In this document: one piece after another, positions 37,384-47,131 of the stretch | Layout of the letters: each line of letters starts with the position of its first letter | How positions within the stretch are numbered: position 1 is the first letter of the stretch | Origin: an uncultured Planctomycetales bacterium | GTDB lineage: Bacteria > Omnitrophota > Gorgyraeia > Zapsychrales > JANLHA01 | NCBI GenBank assembly: GCA_964374105.1 | Contig: CAYJXI010000007.1 | Coordinates: 13,096 to 77,095, forward strand | Direction of reading: 5' to 3' | Length of the DNA stretch: 64,000 nucleotides | Made by a program: the position numbers and the translations under genes | Notes under the pieces: generated by a model | Told to the model about the DNA's origin: nothing | Database searches by the model: none | Seen by the model: the letters and a program-made list of their open reading frames with translations, nothing else

Positions 37384-37745
37384 TCCCTATTTGCCTTGTA
37401 TATGATAGAGTGATGTAGTTTTTTTAGGGAAGGGAGGAACTATTAGCCTTGAAGGAAAGATTCATAACAACCTATTTTACCTGTTGAGATAAATAATCTT
37501 AAAGGGAGCCTAATGGGTTGCTTAGGGGAATGAAACTCAGCCCTAGTTTTCTTAGGATATTAATTGACAAATATATTGCAAAAAGGTATTCTTTTTACTG
37601 AACACAAGTTAATGACTTAGAAAATAGTAAATATAAGCTTCAATTGTTTCTGTCCGCAAAAATTTAGAACTCTAAAAGGTGGCGGGTCTTCCTTCTGGTG
37701 TTATTTGCTATTTTCGAAGTTGATAATGAGAGGAGGAAGTCAATA

Positions 37746-37946
37746 ATGGCAAAGGGTAAAGTGAAATGGTTTAATGCCAAGAAAGGGTATGGTTTTATAG
37801 CCTCTGAATCTGGAGAGGATGTCTTTGTCCACTACAGCGAGATCCAAGGCAGTGGCTATAAGTCTCTGGAGGAAGGCCAGGCGGTAGAGTTTGAAATTGA
37901 GCAAAACCCCAAAGGTTTAAAAGCCAAAAATGTCATAGTTCCCTAG
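37746..37946 (+). CDS. cspA: Cold-shock protein (CspA family)
   Basis: [50 protein letters not shown] (RNP1/RNP2 motifs). A long about 360-nt leader upstream is typical of csp genes. RBS gaggagg. Confidence 0.9.
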   Translation: MAKGKVKWFNAKKGYGFIASESGEDVFVHYSEIQGSGYKSLEEGQAVEFEIEQNPKGLKAKNVIVP

Positions 37947-37967
37947 GATGACATTAAATTGTTTATA

Positions 37968-38010
37968 AACAAGCAGGGGCACGGCAGGCCGTGCCCCTGC
38001 TTGTTTTGTG
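37968..38010 (+). terminator. Rho-independent terminator (GGGGCACGGC palindrome family)
   Basis: caagcaggggcacggc-agg-ccgtgcccctgcttg followed by ttttgtg. Confidence 0.6.
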
Positions 38011-38087
38011 CGCGCGGCATGATATGAGAAGTCTCCTTTTTCCCGATAGGTATAGTATAATTATATTGAGGACGGTTACCCCAACCC

Positions 38088-38834
38088 GTGGAAAATAAAA
38101 TGGAATCTCGTGGAAAAATACTTGTTGTGGACGATGATAAGACAATCACCACCCTTCTTGAGGCCAGGTTATCCGACTACGGTTTTCAAGTGATGTCTGC
38201 CTTTGATGGAATCGAGGCTATGGAAAAATATATTCACTTTGAACCAGATCTTATTATTCTTGATATATTGATGCCTCGGATGGATGGGTATACATTTGTT
38301 TTGGAATTCAAAAAGATTGCTAACATTAAAACTACACCTATCATTATCTTGACCTCTCGGGAGAATATGCAGGATATCTTTGAGATGGAAGGAATTAACG
38401 ATTACATGGTCAAGCCTTTTAAAATGGAAGATTTGTTACGAAAGATCAACAAACGGTTGATATCTAAGGAGAAAAAGATTTTGGTCGTTGATGATGAAGT
38501 TGATTTAGCCAACCTGATTGAATATCGTCTCACCCAAAGTGGTTATGATGTTTTTAAGGCCTACGACGGCCTGCAAGGATTGACCGCTGCCCAGCGAATG
38601 AATCCTGATTTAATGGTTATAGATGTGATGATGCCGAAATTGGATGGGTTTCGTGTCTGTCGCATGCTCAAATTTGACGAAAAATTTAAGAATATTCAGA
38701 TTGTTCTATTATCTTCTCTTCGACGAGAGAACGATCGAATTTTGGGCAAAGAAGTGGGCGCGGATGCCTATCTTACGAAACCCTACAATGGCAAAGTTCT
38801 TCTGCAGACCATGAAGGAATTATTGTGGGATTGA
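38088..38834 (+). CDS. Response regulator with two tandem receiver domains (no output domain)
   Basis: KILVVDDDKTITTLL...LDILMPRMDG and KILVVDDEVDLANLI...IDVMMPKLDG. Confidence 0.8.
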   Translation: MENKMESRGKILVVDDDKTITTLLEARLSDYGFQVMSAFDGIEAMEKYIHFEPDLIILDILMPRMDGYTFVLEFKKIANIKTTPIIILTSRENMQDIFEMEGINDYMVKPFKMEDLLRKINKRLISKEKKILVVDDEVDLANLIEYRLTQSGYDVFKAYDGLQGLTAAQRMNPDLMVIDVMMPKLDGFRVCRMLKFDEKFKNIQIVLLSSLRRENDRILGKEVGADAYLTKPYNGKVLLQTMKELLWD

Positions 38835-38935
38835 TTTCTCACGGGTCCATTTTATTCCCTCATTATCCCCAACACCCGGTGTTTGGGTGGTCGAATTTTT
38901 ATAAATATCATAGCAAAAAGCCTTGAGAATTTCCC

Positions 38936-40864
38936 ATGACTAAGAGATTGACCTACAAGGAACTACTAAACTATTATCAACTCTTTCAAGATTTCATGGA
39001 TCATATCCCGGATGTGATTTATTTTAAAGATACCAAGGGCAGGCTTATTTTAGTCAATGCGGCTCACGCCAAAGGGTTAGGGTTAAAACCAAAAGAAGTG
39101 GTTGGCAAAACAGATTTTGATATCTTCCCTTCCCAACGTGCCGAAAGGATGAACAAAGACGATCAATATGTCTTGAAGACAGGAAAACCGATCATCGATA
39201 AGATTGAGCGGGGCACCCGTCCGGATGGTGTAGATAATTATGTTTCCACAACCAAAATTCCTCGATTTGATAAAAAAGGACGCGTGACGGGATTAGTGGG
39301 GGTCACCCGGGATGTGACCAAACGCATGCAATTGGAACGTCTGCGGGAAGAACGAAAGCAAATCGAGAAGAAGCTTCAGATGCTGGAAGATTTAAATAAA
39401 CTGAAGTCAGAGTTTCTTTCTGCAGTTTCCCACGAATTAAGAACCCCTTTGGCCATCATCAAACAGCTGTTATTACTTATTTATGATGAAACCGTTGGGG
39501 AAATCAATGATAAGCAACGAGAAGTCTTGGTCAAAGCAAAGGAGAATATCGAACGGCTCAAAAGAATCATTGACCAATTGCTAGATATTTCTGCCATTGA
39601 AGGGAAACGGCTTAAATTGAATTATTCTTTGGTGAATTTTAATGAGTTATTTAAAGACTCCCAGGATTTTTTTAAAGAACAGGCTAAAAAGAAGAATATC
39701 AGATTGAAATATGACCTTCCCAAAAAGGAAATTAATATTTTTATTGATGTGGAGAGGGTGATCCAGGTCATTTCGAATCTCATTGAAAACGCCCTAAAGT
39801 ATACTGAGGAAAATGGCCAGATTATCGTTGAAGTTGATATGTTAGAAACCAAAGTCAGGGTCGGCGTTCATGATACCGGCATCGGGATTCCTAAGGCCCA
39901 TTTGCCAAAAATATTTGAGAAGTTTGTTCAAGTCGCAGAAAAAGACACCCCCGGGGCCAAGGGATTGGGTTTGGGATTAGCCATTGCCAAGGAAATCGTG
40001 GAGAAACATAGCGGAGAAATCTGGGCAGAATCCCAAGCGGGGGTGGGGAGCAAATTTTATTTTACTTTACCTCGATTTTTTACTGCTGATATCCTGGAGA
40101 AATCGATCAAAGATAAAATCAGGAATTTGTTAAATCAGGGAGCACCTGTCTATTTGATTAATCTATTGATTGTAAATTTTCAAGAATTTACCAGAAGAAT
40201 TGGTATCGGATCTCAACAATTATCTAGGGATTTGAAATCGATCCTTGATTCCGGCTTTAAGAGGTTCCCTAAGCTCAAGCATAATCAGATATTCATCAGT
40301 GATATCAAACACGGGAAATATAGCATTATTTTTCCAGAATCTTCTGAAAAGCGAGTCGTCACTTTCTGTGAGTTGATTAGAAATAGAACCAAGAATTATT
40401 TTAACAAACATAAAATTGAAGATGTCTTCATTGCCTTAGGGATTTTATCTTACCCGGCAATGGCCAAAGGAGTTAAGGAAGAGTTTGACAGAAATTTAAA
40501 CATCAAGGAAATCTATATTGGTTCAGAGGTGAGGCGTTTTAAGAGAATCAATTATAAAACCGATATACAAATTTCCCTCCCCAACGAGAAAGGGTATGTT
40601 TCTTCCACCATCGATCTTTCTTTGGGTGGGGTCTGTTTTTTGAGCCAAGAACTTTTAAAAACAGATGCCAAAATTAAAATGAAATTATTTCTTCTTAAGA
40701 AAAATACCCTCATTACGGCTTTAACCCGGGTCGCTTGGATTAGGAAAATGGATCTTTTACCCGGAGAAAATTTCCATCGATATAAGATAGGGCTTGAATT
40801 CATCAGAATGGATAGGCAAGATCGCAAATCCCTAGTGCAAGAGTTGAAATTATATTATGAATAA
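38936..40864 (+). CDS. PAS-domain sensor histidine kinase with C-terminal PilZ (c-di-GMP-binding) domain
   Basis: PAS (VIYFKDTKGRLILVNAAHAK...), H-box SHELRTPLAII, HATPase (HDTGIGIP, GLGLGLAIAKEIV). The C-terminus has RRFKRINYKTD...IDLSLGGVCF (RxxxR...DxSxGG, PilZ). Confidence 0.7.
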   Translation: MTKRLTYKELLNYYQLFQDFMDHIPDVIYFKDTKGRLILVNAAHAKGLGLKPKEVVGKTDFDIFPSQRAERMNKDDQYVLKTGKPIIDKIERGTRPDGVDNYVSTTKIPRFDKKGRVTGLVGVTRDVTKRMQLERLREERKQIEKKLQMLEDLNKLKSEFLSAVSHELRTPLAIIKQLLLLIYDETVGEINDKQREVLVKAKENIERLKRIIDQLLDISAIEGKRLKLNYSLVNFNELFKDSQDFFKEQAKKKNIRLKYDLPKKEINIFIDVERVIQVISNLIENALKYTEENGQIIVEVDMLETKVRVGVHDTGIGIPKAHLPKIFEKFVQVAEKDTPGAKGLGLGLAIAKEIVEKHSGEIWAESQAGVGSKFYFTLPRFFTADILEKSIKDKIRNLLNQGAPVYLINLLIVNFQEFTRRIGIGSQQLSRDLKSILDSGFKRFPKLKHNQIFISDIKHGKYSIIFPESSEKRVVTFCELIRNRTKNYFNKHKIEDVFIALGILSYPAMAKGVKEEFDRNLNIKEIYIGSEVRRFKRINYKTDIQISLPNEKGYVSSTIDLSLGGVCFLSQELLKTDAKIKMKLFLLKKNTLITALTRVAWIRKMDLLPGENFHRYKIGLEFIRMDRQDRKSLVQELKLYYE

Positions 40865-41234
40865 GAAAAGAATTCTTTTAGTTGATGATGAGAAGGATTT
40901 AGTCTATGCTGTGAAATTGCAGCTAGAGAAGAATTATTTTGAGGTTTTAACCGCTTATGATGGCCAAGAAGCCTTGGAAAAGGCCCGGGATGAAAATCCG
41001 GATATTATCATTTTGGATTTGATGTTGCCTAAGATCCACGGATACAAAGTATGCCGCATGTTAAAATTCGATGAAAAATACAAAGATATCCCCATTATCA
41101 TTTTTACCGCCCGCGCGCAGGAAAGTGATAAAAAATTGTCGTTTGAGGTAGGGGCGGATGCCTATATCACCAAACCCTTTGAGCCACAGATGTTGTTGGA
41201 TAAAATCAAGGACCTGTTGGATATACGCCCCTGA
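40857..41234 (+). CDS. Single-domain response regulator (PilH/CheY-like)
   Basis: RILLVDDEKDLVYAVKL...LDLMLPKIHG...IPIIIFTA. Confidence 0.8.
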   Translation: MNKKRILLVDDEKDLVYAVKLQLEKNYFEVLTAYDGQEALEKARDENPDIIILDLMLPKIHGYKVCRMLKFDEKYKDIPIIIFTARAQESDKKLSFEVGADAYITKPFEPQMLLDKIKDLLDIRP

Positions 41235-41253
41235 ATAAAAGAATAAAAGGTGA

Positions 41254-41285
41254 CAGTCCCGCCAAGGCGGGACTGTCATCTCAAT
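41254..41285. repeat. GACAG-core hairpin ggtgacagtcccgcc-aa-ggcgggactgtcatc between the regulator and pilB
   Basis: Perfect 15-bp stem with no U-tract. It gives the spurious mirror ORF starts MTVPP... on both strands. Confidence 0.45.
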
Positions 41286-41297
41286 CTGGGAGGCAAA

Positions 41298-42968
41298 ATG
41301 GATAAAACCAGAGAAGTAGTTGATTTATTAATTAAGGAAGGATTAATAACAGATGAGAATTTACAGAAAGCCAGGGAGGAATCCAAACGCACTGGTCTGC
41401 CGGTGGATAAGGCATTGGAAAAATTAGGTTTTATCAGTGATAAAGAAATTTTAAGAGTCCGTGCCTCGACCTTAAGTCTTCCCTATATTGATTTAGCGGA
41501 TTATATGATCGATAAAAGCCTTATTCCTTTGATCCCGGAACAAGTGGCAAAGAAATACAAGGCCGTTCCCCTTTTTCGGATCAATAATAGTTTAACGGTG
41601 GGGATGGTTGATCCGCAGGATGTGGCGGCCTTGGATCATATCCGCCGGGTAAGTCATATGGACATGATTGAACCGGTTTTGATTTCAGAGAAAGGAGTCC
41701 AGCTTGTCCTAGATACCTGTTATACCGCCGAAGAAACTTTTGAAGACATTGTCCGGTCCATAGACAAAGAAAAGATTCAGGAGTCCGATCGCAAAGGTTT
41801 GGTGGAAGTTGCGGAAGATGCCCCGGTTATCAAATTGGTGAATAACATCATCAGCCAGGCCATTAAAGATCGAGCCTCGGATATTCATATGGAACCAGAA
41901 GAGGACAGTGTTAGAATCCGTATCCGAATTGATGGTTTATTAAATGAAATGGCCGTTTTCCCCAAGAAACTCCAAAATGCCCTTGTCTCCCGAGTGAAGG
42001 TCTTAGCGAAAATGGATATTGCCGAGAGCCGAAAACCCCAAGATGGGAGAATCCGACTGAAGATGGAGAATAAAGATTTGGATATGCGGATTTCCACATT
42101 CCCGACCGTTCATGGAGAGAATGTGGTGATGAGATTATTGGATAAATCTTCGGTGGTGATGGGGTTGAAGGAATTGGGCTTATTGGAAGAAGACCTTCAG
42201 ATGTTTAACAAATTAATCCGACGACCCCATGGGATTATCTTGGTGACCGGTCCCACGGGGAGTGGGAAAACAACGACCCTTTATACGGCCTTATCCACGA
42301 TCAGTTCCATGGAAAAAAATATTGTCACCATCGAAGACCCGGTGGAGTATGAACTGCCGTTGATTCGCCAGACCCAGGTCAACACAAAAGCGGGAATTAC
42401 CTTTGCCAATGGATTAAGAAGTCTTTTAAGACAGGATCCAGATGTCATGATGGTGGGGGAGATCCGTGATAAAGAAACCGCCGAAGTCGCTATTCAGGCT
42501 TCCTTAACCGGACATCTTGTTTTCGCTACTCTTCATACCAACGATGCCCCATCCTCCTTGACCAGACTGATTGATATGGAGATTGAATCCTTTCTCATTT
42601 CCAGCTCTATTGTGGGAATCATCGCGCAGCGGTTGGTCAGATTAATCTGCGATAAATGCAAAGAAAGATATGAGCCCACAGCAGAGGTGATAAAGGAATT
42701 GGGGATTACGGAAAAAATGGAATTTTCTCACGGAAAAGGATGTCATCATTGTAAAAAGACAGGATTTATAGGACGAAGTGGAATTTTTGAGATCCTTACC
42801 CTTAATGATGAGATAAGAAGGATGATTGACCAAAGAAGTTCCGCGGACGATATCAAAAAGAAAGCAATCACGTTAGGCATGAAAACATTAAGAAAGGATG
42901 GCCTTATCAAAGTCCAAAAAGGAATAACCGTTCCTGAGGAAGTATTGAGGGTAACGGAAATTGAATGA
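41298..42968 (+). CDS. pilB: Type IV pilus assembly / type II secretion ATPase (PilB/GspE family)
   Basis: N-terminal T2SSE_N domain, Walker A GPTGSGKTTTLY, Asp/His boxes, and a tetracysteine zinc motif CDKC...CHHC. Confidence 0.9.
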   Translation: MDKTREVVDLLIKEGLITDENLQKAREESKRTGLPVDKALEKLGFISDKEILRVRASTLSLPYIDLADYMIDKSLIPLIPEQVAKKYKAVPLFRINNSLTVGMVDPQDVAALDHIRRVSHMDMIEPVLISEKGVQLVLDTCYTAEETFEDIVRSIDKEKIQESDRKGLVEVAEDAPVIKLVNNIISQAIKDRASDIHMEPEEDSVRIRIRIDGLLNEMAVFPKKLQNALVSRVKVLAKMDIAESRKPQDGRIRLKMENKDLDMRISTFPTVHGENVVMRLLDKSSVVMGLKELGLLEEDLQMFNKLIRRPHGIILVTGPTGSGKTTTLYTALSTISSMEKNIVTIEDPVEYELPLIRQTQVNTKAGITFANGLRSLLRQDPDVMMVGEIRDKETAEVAIQASLTGHLVFATLHTNDAPSSLTRLIDMEIESFLISSSIVGIIAQRLVRLICDKCKERYEPTAEVIKELGITEKMEFSHGKGCHHCKKTGFIGRSGIFEILTLNDEIRRMIDQRSSADDIKKKAITLGMKTLRKDGLIKVQKGITVPEEVLRVTEIE

Positions 42969-43009
42969 TCTGAGCAGGCTTAAGTTTTAAACCTTTTTTA
43001 AGGTCAAGC

Positions 43010-44224
43010 ATGACCACCTACCATTATAAAGCGCGGGATCAATTTTCCAAATCACTGGAAGGCATCATGGCCGCGGAATCAGAGAATGCCGTGGCCTTAA
43101 AGTTAAAACAGATGGGCTATATCCCCATTTCCATCATTCAGACTAGGGGAAAACAGAAATTTGATTCGATCTTTGACGGGTTAAGAGGGATTAAGTCTTC
43201 GGAGTTGAATATGTTTAGTCGACAACTATATGCCCTCCAAAAAGCAGGGCTCCCCCTTTTAGGTAGTCTCATGGCCCTGCGGGATCAGGCCGCCAACAGA
43301 ACCTTTAAGAATGTTTTGGGACAAATAATAAGAGATATTGAAGGAGGGGTTAATTTATCATTGGCCCTCGAAAGTCATCCGCGGATTTTTGACAACATCT
43401 ATGTTAATATGATCCGATCTGGAGAAGTCTCGGGACGATTGTCGGAGATTTTAGAAAGGCTTACCTCATTGGGAGAACGTGATGAAAAAATCCGCTTAAG
43501 GATTAAAACCGCTTTGCGTTACCCTATGATTGTTGTTTTGGCTATTACCATTGCCTTTATAATTCTGATTATAGTGGTGTTGCCTAAATTTGCCCAATTG
43601 TACAGCCAGTTTAAAACGCAACTTCCTCTGCCAACACGGATTCTTATAGGTTTAAATTTCTTCCTTACCCATTATTGGTGGTTAATAATCATTTTATTAA
43701 TATTGGGGAGTATTGCTTTTATCGCTCTGATCAGAACCAAAAAGGGAAAATATTATTGGGATCAATTGAAATTGCGACTTCCTATTTTTGGGCCGTTGTT
43801 GTTAAAATTGGCCCTCTCCCGATTTGGACGAATCAACGGAACCCTTATGAAAAGTGGAGTGCCTTTGTTACAGATTTTGGATTTGGTTGCTGAAGGCGAA
43901 GGGAATGTGATCATTTCAAAAACTTACACCCAAGTCAAAAAGAGCGTCAATGAAGGCAAGGGGATGCTTGAGCCGATGAAGACCAGTGGATTATTCCCGC
44001 CGGTTGTAACCCAGATGGTGGCGGTGGGGGAGGAAACCGGAAAACTGGATGAGTTGTTATTGCATGTGTCCGATTATTATGATACTGAGATTGATTATAC
44101 CATTAATAATCTGGTGACACTGATTGAACCCATCTTAACTTTTTTTTTAGCCATTGTTGTTCTTTTCATTGCTTTAGGGGTCTTCATGCCGATGTGGAAT
44201 ATGATCCATTTGTATAAGAGATAA
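43010..44224 (+). CDS. pilC: Type IV pilus assembly inner-membrane platform protein PilC/GspF
   Basis: Two T2SSF repeats, 3 TM segments, 404 aa. Confidence 0.9.
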   Translation: MTTYHYKARDQFSKSLEGIMAAESENAVALKLKQMGYIPISIIQTRGKQKFDSIFDGLRGIKSSELNMFSRQLYALQKAGLPLLGSLMALRDQAANRTFKNVLGQIIRDIEGGVNLSLALESHPRIFDNIYVNMIRSGEVSGRLSEILERLTSLGERDEKIRLRIKTALRYPMIVVLAITIAFIILIIVVLPKFAQLYSQFKTQLPLPTRILIGLNFFLTHYWWLIIILLILGSIAFIALIRTKKGKYYWDQLKLRLPIFGPLLLKLALSRFGRINGTLMKSGVPLLQILDLVAEGEGNVIISKTYTQVKKSVNEGKGMLEPMKTSGLFPPVVTQMVAVGEETGKLDELLLHVSDYYDTEIDYTINNLVTLIEPILTFFLAIVVLFIALGVFMPMWNMIHLYKR

Positions 44225-44231
44225 AGGAAAA

Positions 44232-44276
44232 AGGGGACAGCGCCCTTTAAAGAAAGGGTGCTGTCCCCTTTTTCAC
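44232..44276 (+). terminator. Rho-independent terminator after pilC (GACAG-core family)
   Basis: ggggacagcgccc-tttaaagaaa-gggtgctgtcccc followed by ttttt. Confidence 0.55.
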
Positions 44277-44436
44277 GGAGCGGAATAGTTTTAAGCAAAA
44301 TTGAAAGCGTTTTCTTAAATTTTCACTGATTTGAGAAATTTTTTGTCTCACCTTGACTTTAATTTTTTTAGATAGTATATTTATAACGTAAAAGATCAAT
44401 TTGGTTTGATGAAAAAGGTAAACCATTCGTAAGAAT

Positions 44437-44560
44437 GGGGCCCCCCGCGAAAAGCGGAGGCCCCCGCTGAACTTAAAGCGGGGGACAAAGCTAGAGGGTC
44501 CTGCTTCCGCGAAGCCTGACTGCGTCAGGCAGACGGCGGGATAGCCAGCTGCCATCAATG
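44437..44560. repeat. Cluster of GC-rich hairpins (cccccgct...agcggggg; gcctgactgcgtcaggc; contains gcgaagc) upstream of the pilin gene
   Basis: Three or more short perfect stems in about 120 nt; the surrounding DNA is AT-rich. Confidence 0.4.
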
Positions 44561-44713
44561 TGGATTTCAACTTAGAAACTAAAGGCCTATTCTACGAATG
44601 TGGAATAGGCCTTAAATATTTTGTGGGGAGCAAGAAAATTAAATTTAAACACCCCTTAAAAAGAAAAACGAAGTATAATAAATTTGAATTTGTAAAGCAA
44701 AAGGAGGAAAGAG

Positions 44714-45088
44714 ATGAATAACAAAAGCGGGTTTACATTGATCGAGTTGATCATGATCATTGTGATCATTGGTATTTTGGCTATTGTTGCGATCCCACAG
44801 TATCGTGATCTATCGAATCAAGCCAATCAGGCTGCGGAAGATGGTGTCGTGGGGGCGGTGCGCTCAGGGATATTAGCGTCTTTCGCCCAGAATAGGGTAT
44901 TCCCGGCTACTTTAGATACGGTTGCCGCTGGTGGCTCCTGTATTGCTGGTAGTCCTTGCTTTGACAATGTCCTGGCTCAGGGTGGCCTAAGTACAGGCGG
45001 TTGGACGAAGAATGCCGCTGGGAATTATGTGGCACCGGATGGGACGGTTTATGTGTATTCCGGACCCCCGAATGGGACATTTCAATAA
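44714..45088 (+). CDS. pilA: Type IV pilin (prepilin with N-terminal methylation motif), probable major pilin
   Basis: MNNKSGFTLIELIMIIVIIGILAIVAIPQY is the class III signal peptide: G|FTLIE with Glu at +5. Confidence 0.8.
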   Translation: MNNKSGFTLIELIMIIVIIGILAIVAIPQYRDLSNQANQAAEDGVVGAVRSGILASFAQNRVFPATLDTVAAGGSCIAGSPCFDNVLAQGGLSTGGWTKNAAGNYVAPDGTVYVYSGPPNGTFQ

Positions 45089-45214
45089 TAAAGTGATTTT
45101 TGCCTGAAATTTAATTCATTTTTATTATATTGATTCCCCTGCCTATTTGATGTTTAATAGGCAGGGGGATTTTCGTTTTTGAATAATGCATTTGTTAAAT
45201 AGGGAAGATAAAGA

Positions 45215-46036
45215 GTGAATCCTTTCCAAAGACGTGGTTTCATTCTGTTAGCCTTCATTATCCTTCTTGTCTTTGCCTCCCTTGCCGTTTTGGGTGTAAC
45301 GTTCTTAGTGACCCAACGGCTTTCCTTTGTCGTTACCCAACAGATTCAAGCCTCCTGCATTGATCTTGCCCATGCGGGAATCCATCAAGCTATCTATTTC
45401 TATCGCGAGAGGGATAGAACCGGAAACGGTTATTTTAGTCTGGGACAAACTAACATCGATGCTAATAATTTTTTCGTGCTGGGAGGGGGGGGATCTTTAG
45501 TCGATTTATTAATGGTGAATACCTCCCAAACAAGGATTCAAAACCGTTTTTTAAACCGTTTATATCTTCAGAATGCGACGAATTCCCAACCCATAACGAT
45601 CGATAGCATGTTAGTTACTTGGACCAATCCCAATCCGCAGAGGAGACTCAACCGGATTCGGATTCGCCCCCGGCCAACCGGGGGATGGACTACGGTTTGG
45701 AGCAATGGGGGTCAGAATGGAGGGTTATTTTCACCCGTGAATGCTAATATTAGTGATTACAGTCTTAATACCACACCCAGTACTTATGAAGTGGAGTTAA
45801 GATTCAGCGGGAATTTACCTCCTGACACAACGATCATTGATATTCAATTTAGTATGACAGATGGGTCTACAAAAGCATTAAGGGTTTATAATGGGGGGGC
45901 CGCTCTCAATAATTTTAATTTCAATTTCACGGTTAGATCAACGGGAAGAACCAGCGGTTCCAATATCTATCGGACTATCTCAGCAGAGTATAATGCCTTA
46001 ACTGGAAGGATCATCAGTTACAATGAGATTAATTAA
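45215..46036 (+). CDS. PilX-N-terminal-domain-like pilus assembly protein
   Basis: MNPFQRRGFILLAFIILLVFASLAVLGV...QQIQASCIDLAHAGIHQAI resembles the PilX_N domain. Confidence 0.4.
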   Translation: MNPFQRRGFILLAFIILLVFASLAVLGVTFLVTQRLSFVVTQQIQASCIDLAHAGIHQAIYFYRERDRTGNGYFSLGQTNIDANNFFVLGGGGSLVDLLMVNTSQTRIQNRFLNRLYLQNATNSQPITIDSMLVTWTNPNPQRRLNRIRIRPRPTGGWTTVWSNGGQNGGLFSPVNANISDYSLNTTPSTYEVELRFSGNLPPDTTIIDIQFSMTDGSTKALRVYNGGAALNNFNFNFTVRSTGRTSGSNIYRTISAEYNALTGRIISYNEIN

Positions 46037-46451
46037 GAAATCACATCATGATCGAATAGGGAAATGGACAAACGTCCTTGGATTGACTTTAGTTGAACTC
46101 ATCATGACCATTGTGGTGGTGAGTATCCTTGCGATTCCTTTAGCCCTCCTTTTAAGGGAACATATTGAAGGGGCATTTCAATCCCAGGATGACACAACAG
46201 CACTCAATTTAGCGCGAAAGGAAATGGAAACAGTCAAGAATATGAGTTATGATAATATCCTCATTGGGAATTTTAATTTACCTCCTGAACAGGGTTTTGA
46301 TAAAGAAAGACGTGTGAGATATGTTCAGGGATCCGGTTCAACACAAGAAAGACTGAAAGAAATTCGAGTGAACATAAGAAGATCAGGAGATCCCTCTGTC
46401 CTTTTTAGCTTGGTCACGTATCTGGCCAGGAATGTGAGTTATGGAATTTAA
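46023..46451 (+). CDS. Minor pilin / pseudopilin (prepilin-type N-terminal cleavage/methylation domain)
   Basis: GLTLVELIMTIVVVSILAIPLAL. Confidence 0.6.
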   Translation: MRLIKKSHHDRIGKWTNVLGLTLVELIMTIVVVSILAIPLALLLREHIEGAFQSQDDTTALNLARKEMETVKNMSYDNILIGNFNLPPEQGFDKERRVRYVQGSGSTQERLKEIRVNIRRSGDPSVLFSLVTYLARNVSYGI

Positions 46452-46998
46452 ATACAAGAAAGGGTTTACATTTGTCGAAGGGCTGATGGTTATCGTGATC
46501 ATCGCTATTTTAGCTGCCTCAGGAGCCGTGCTTTTGATCTCTTTTGTCCAAAATGAAGTCTTTGTCCCTAGTCAGCTTAAGAGTGGTATGGTCGCCGCGG
46601 AAGCGTTAGAGATTATGATTGAAGGAGACAATCAGGCTAAGGGATTGAGAACGAGCCGGATAGTGACCAATATCCAAGATTATCAAGTGACATTTATCAA
46701 TCAAGACAACCAGACTGTCCGCTTTCGATTAGATACGGGTTCAAACAAATTGTATCGATCTATCAATGGGGGTCAGGAAACCCTAATTCCCTATTACGTC
46801 GCTCCCGCGATGAATATGCTGGTACAAAATAATCGTTTGTTTACTTATTTTGATGCCGCTGAGATTATAACAACTGATCCTGCCAATGTGCGAAGAATAG
46901 AGGTGACTCTTATAGCGAGAACTGGGAGCGGTTCGTATACCGATTGGGAAGGGCAGACCGAGTTGACGTCAGCGGTTGCGGTTAAAAAATTTCAATAA
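46441..46998 (+). CDS. Minor pilin / pseudopilin (prepilin-type)
   Basis: KKGFTFVEGLMVIVIIAILAA. Confidence 0.65.
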   Translation: MEFKYKKGFTFVEGLMVIVIIAILAASGAVLLISFVQNEVFVPSQLKSGMVAAEALEIMIEGDNQAKGLRTSRIVTNIQDYQVTFINQDNQTVRFRLDTGSNKLYRSINGGQETLIPYYVAPAMNMLVQNNRLFTYFDAAEIITTDPANVRRIEVTLIARTGSGSYTDWEGQTELTSAVAVKKFQ

Positions 46999-47004
46999 GC
47001 AGTA

Positions 47005-47043
47005 GGGGCGACCCCTGCCTGCCGGACAGGCAGGGGTCGCCCT
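47005..47043. repeat. Long perfect hairpin ggggcgacccctgcctgcc-gga-caggcaggggtcgccc after the pilin genes (GCCTGNC...CAGGC family)
   Basis: About 17-bp GC-rich stem with no U-tract. Confidence 0.45.
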
Positions 47044-47131
47044 TACGCCTAAACGCATGTTAGCAGCGAGAGATTTAGGAACTTCCCCTCGTGGTCAAAA
47101 ACTTTTTTAACAAAACACTGAAAAAAACCAA

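Noticed and set aside
41250-41297. N-terminal extension MTVPPRRDCHLNLGGK of the pilB ORF, and the mirror minus-strand ORF 41061..41279 starting MTVPPWRDCHLL
   Set aside because: Both arise from reading through the perfect palindrome ggtgacagtcccgcc/ggcgggactgtcatc in opposite directions. The real pilB start is the ATG at 41298 (MDKTRE...), and the minus ORF is antisense to the response-regulator gene.
44600-44713. Sigma-54 (-24 GG / -12 GC) promoter upstream of the pilin gene
   Set aside because: No TGGCAC-N5-TTGC-like element within 150 nt of the start. Only a sigma70-like TATAAT hexamer was seen.
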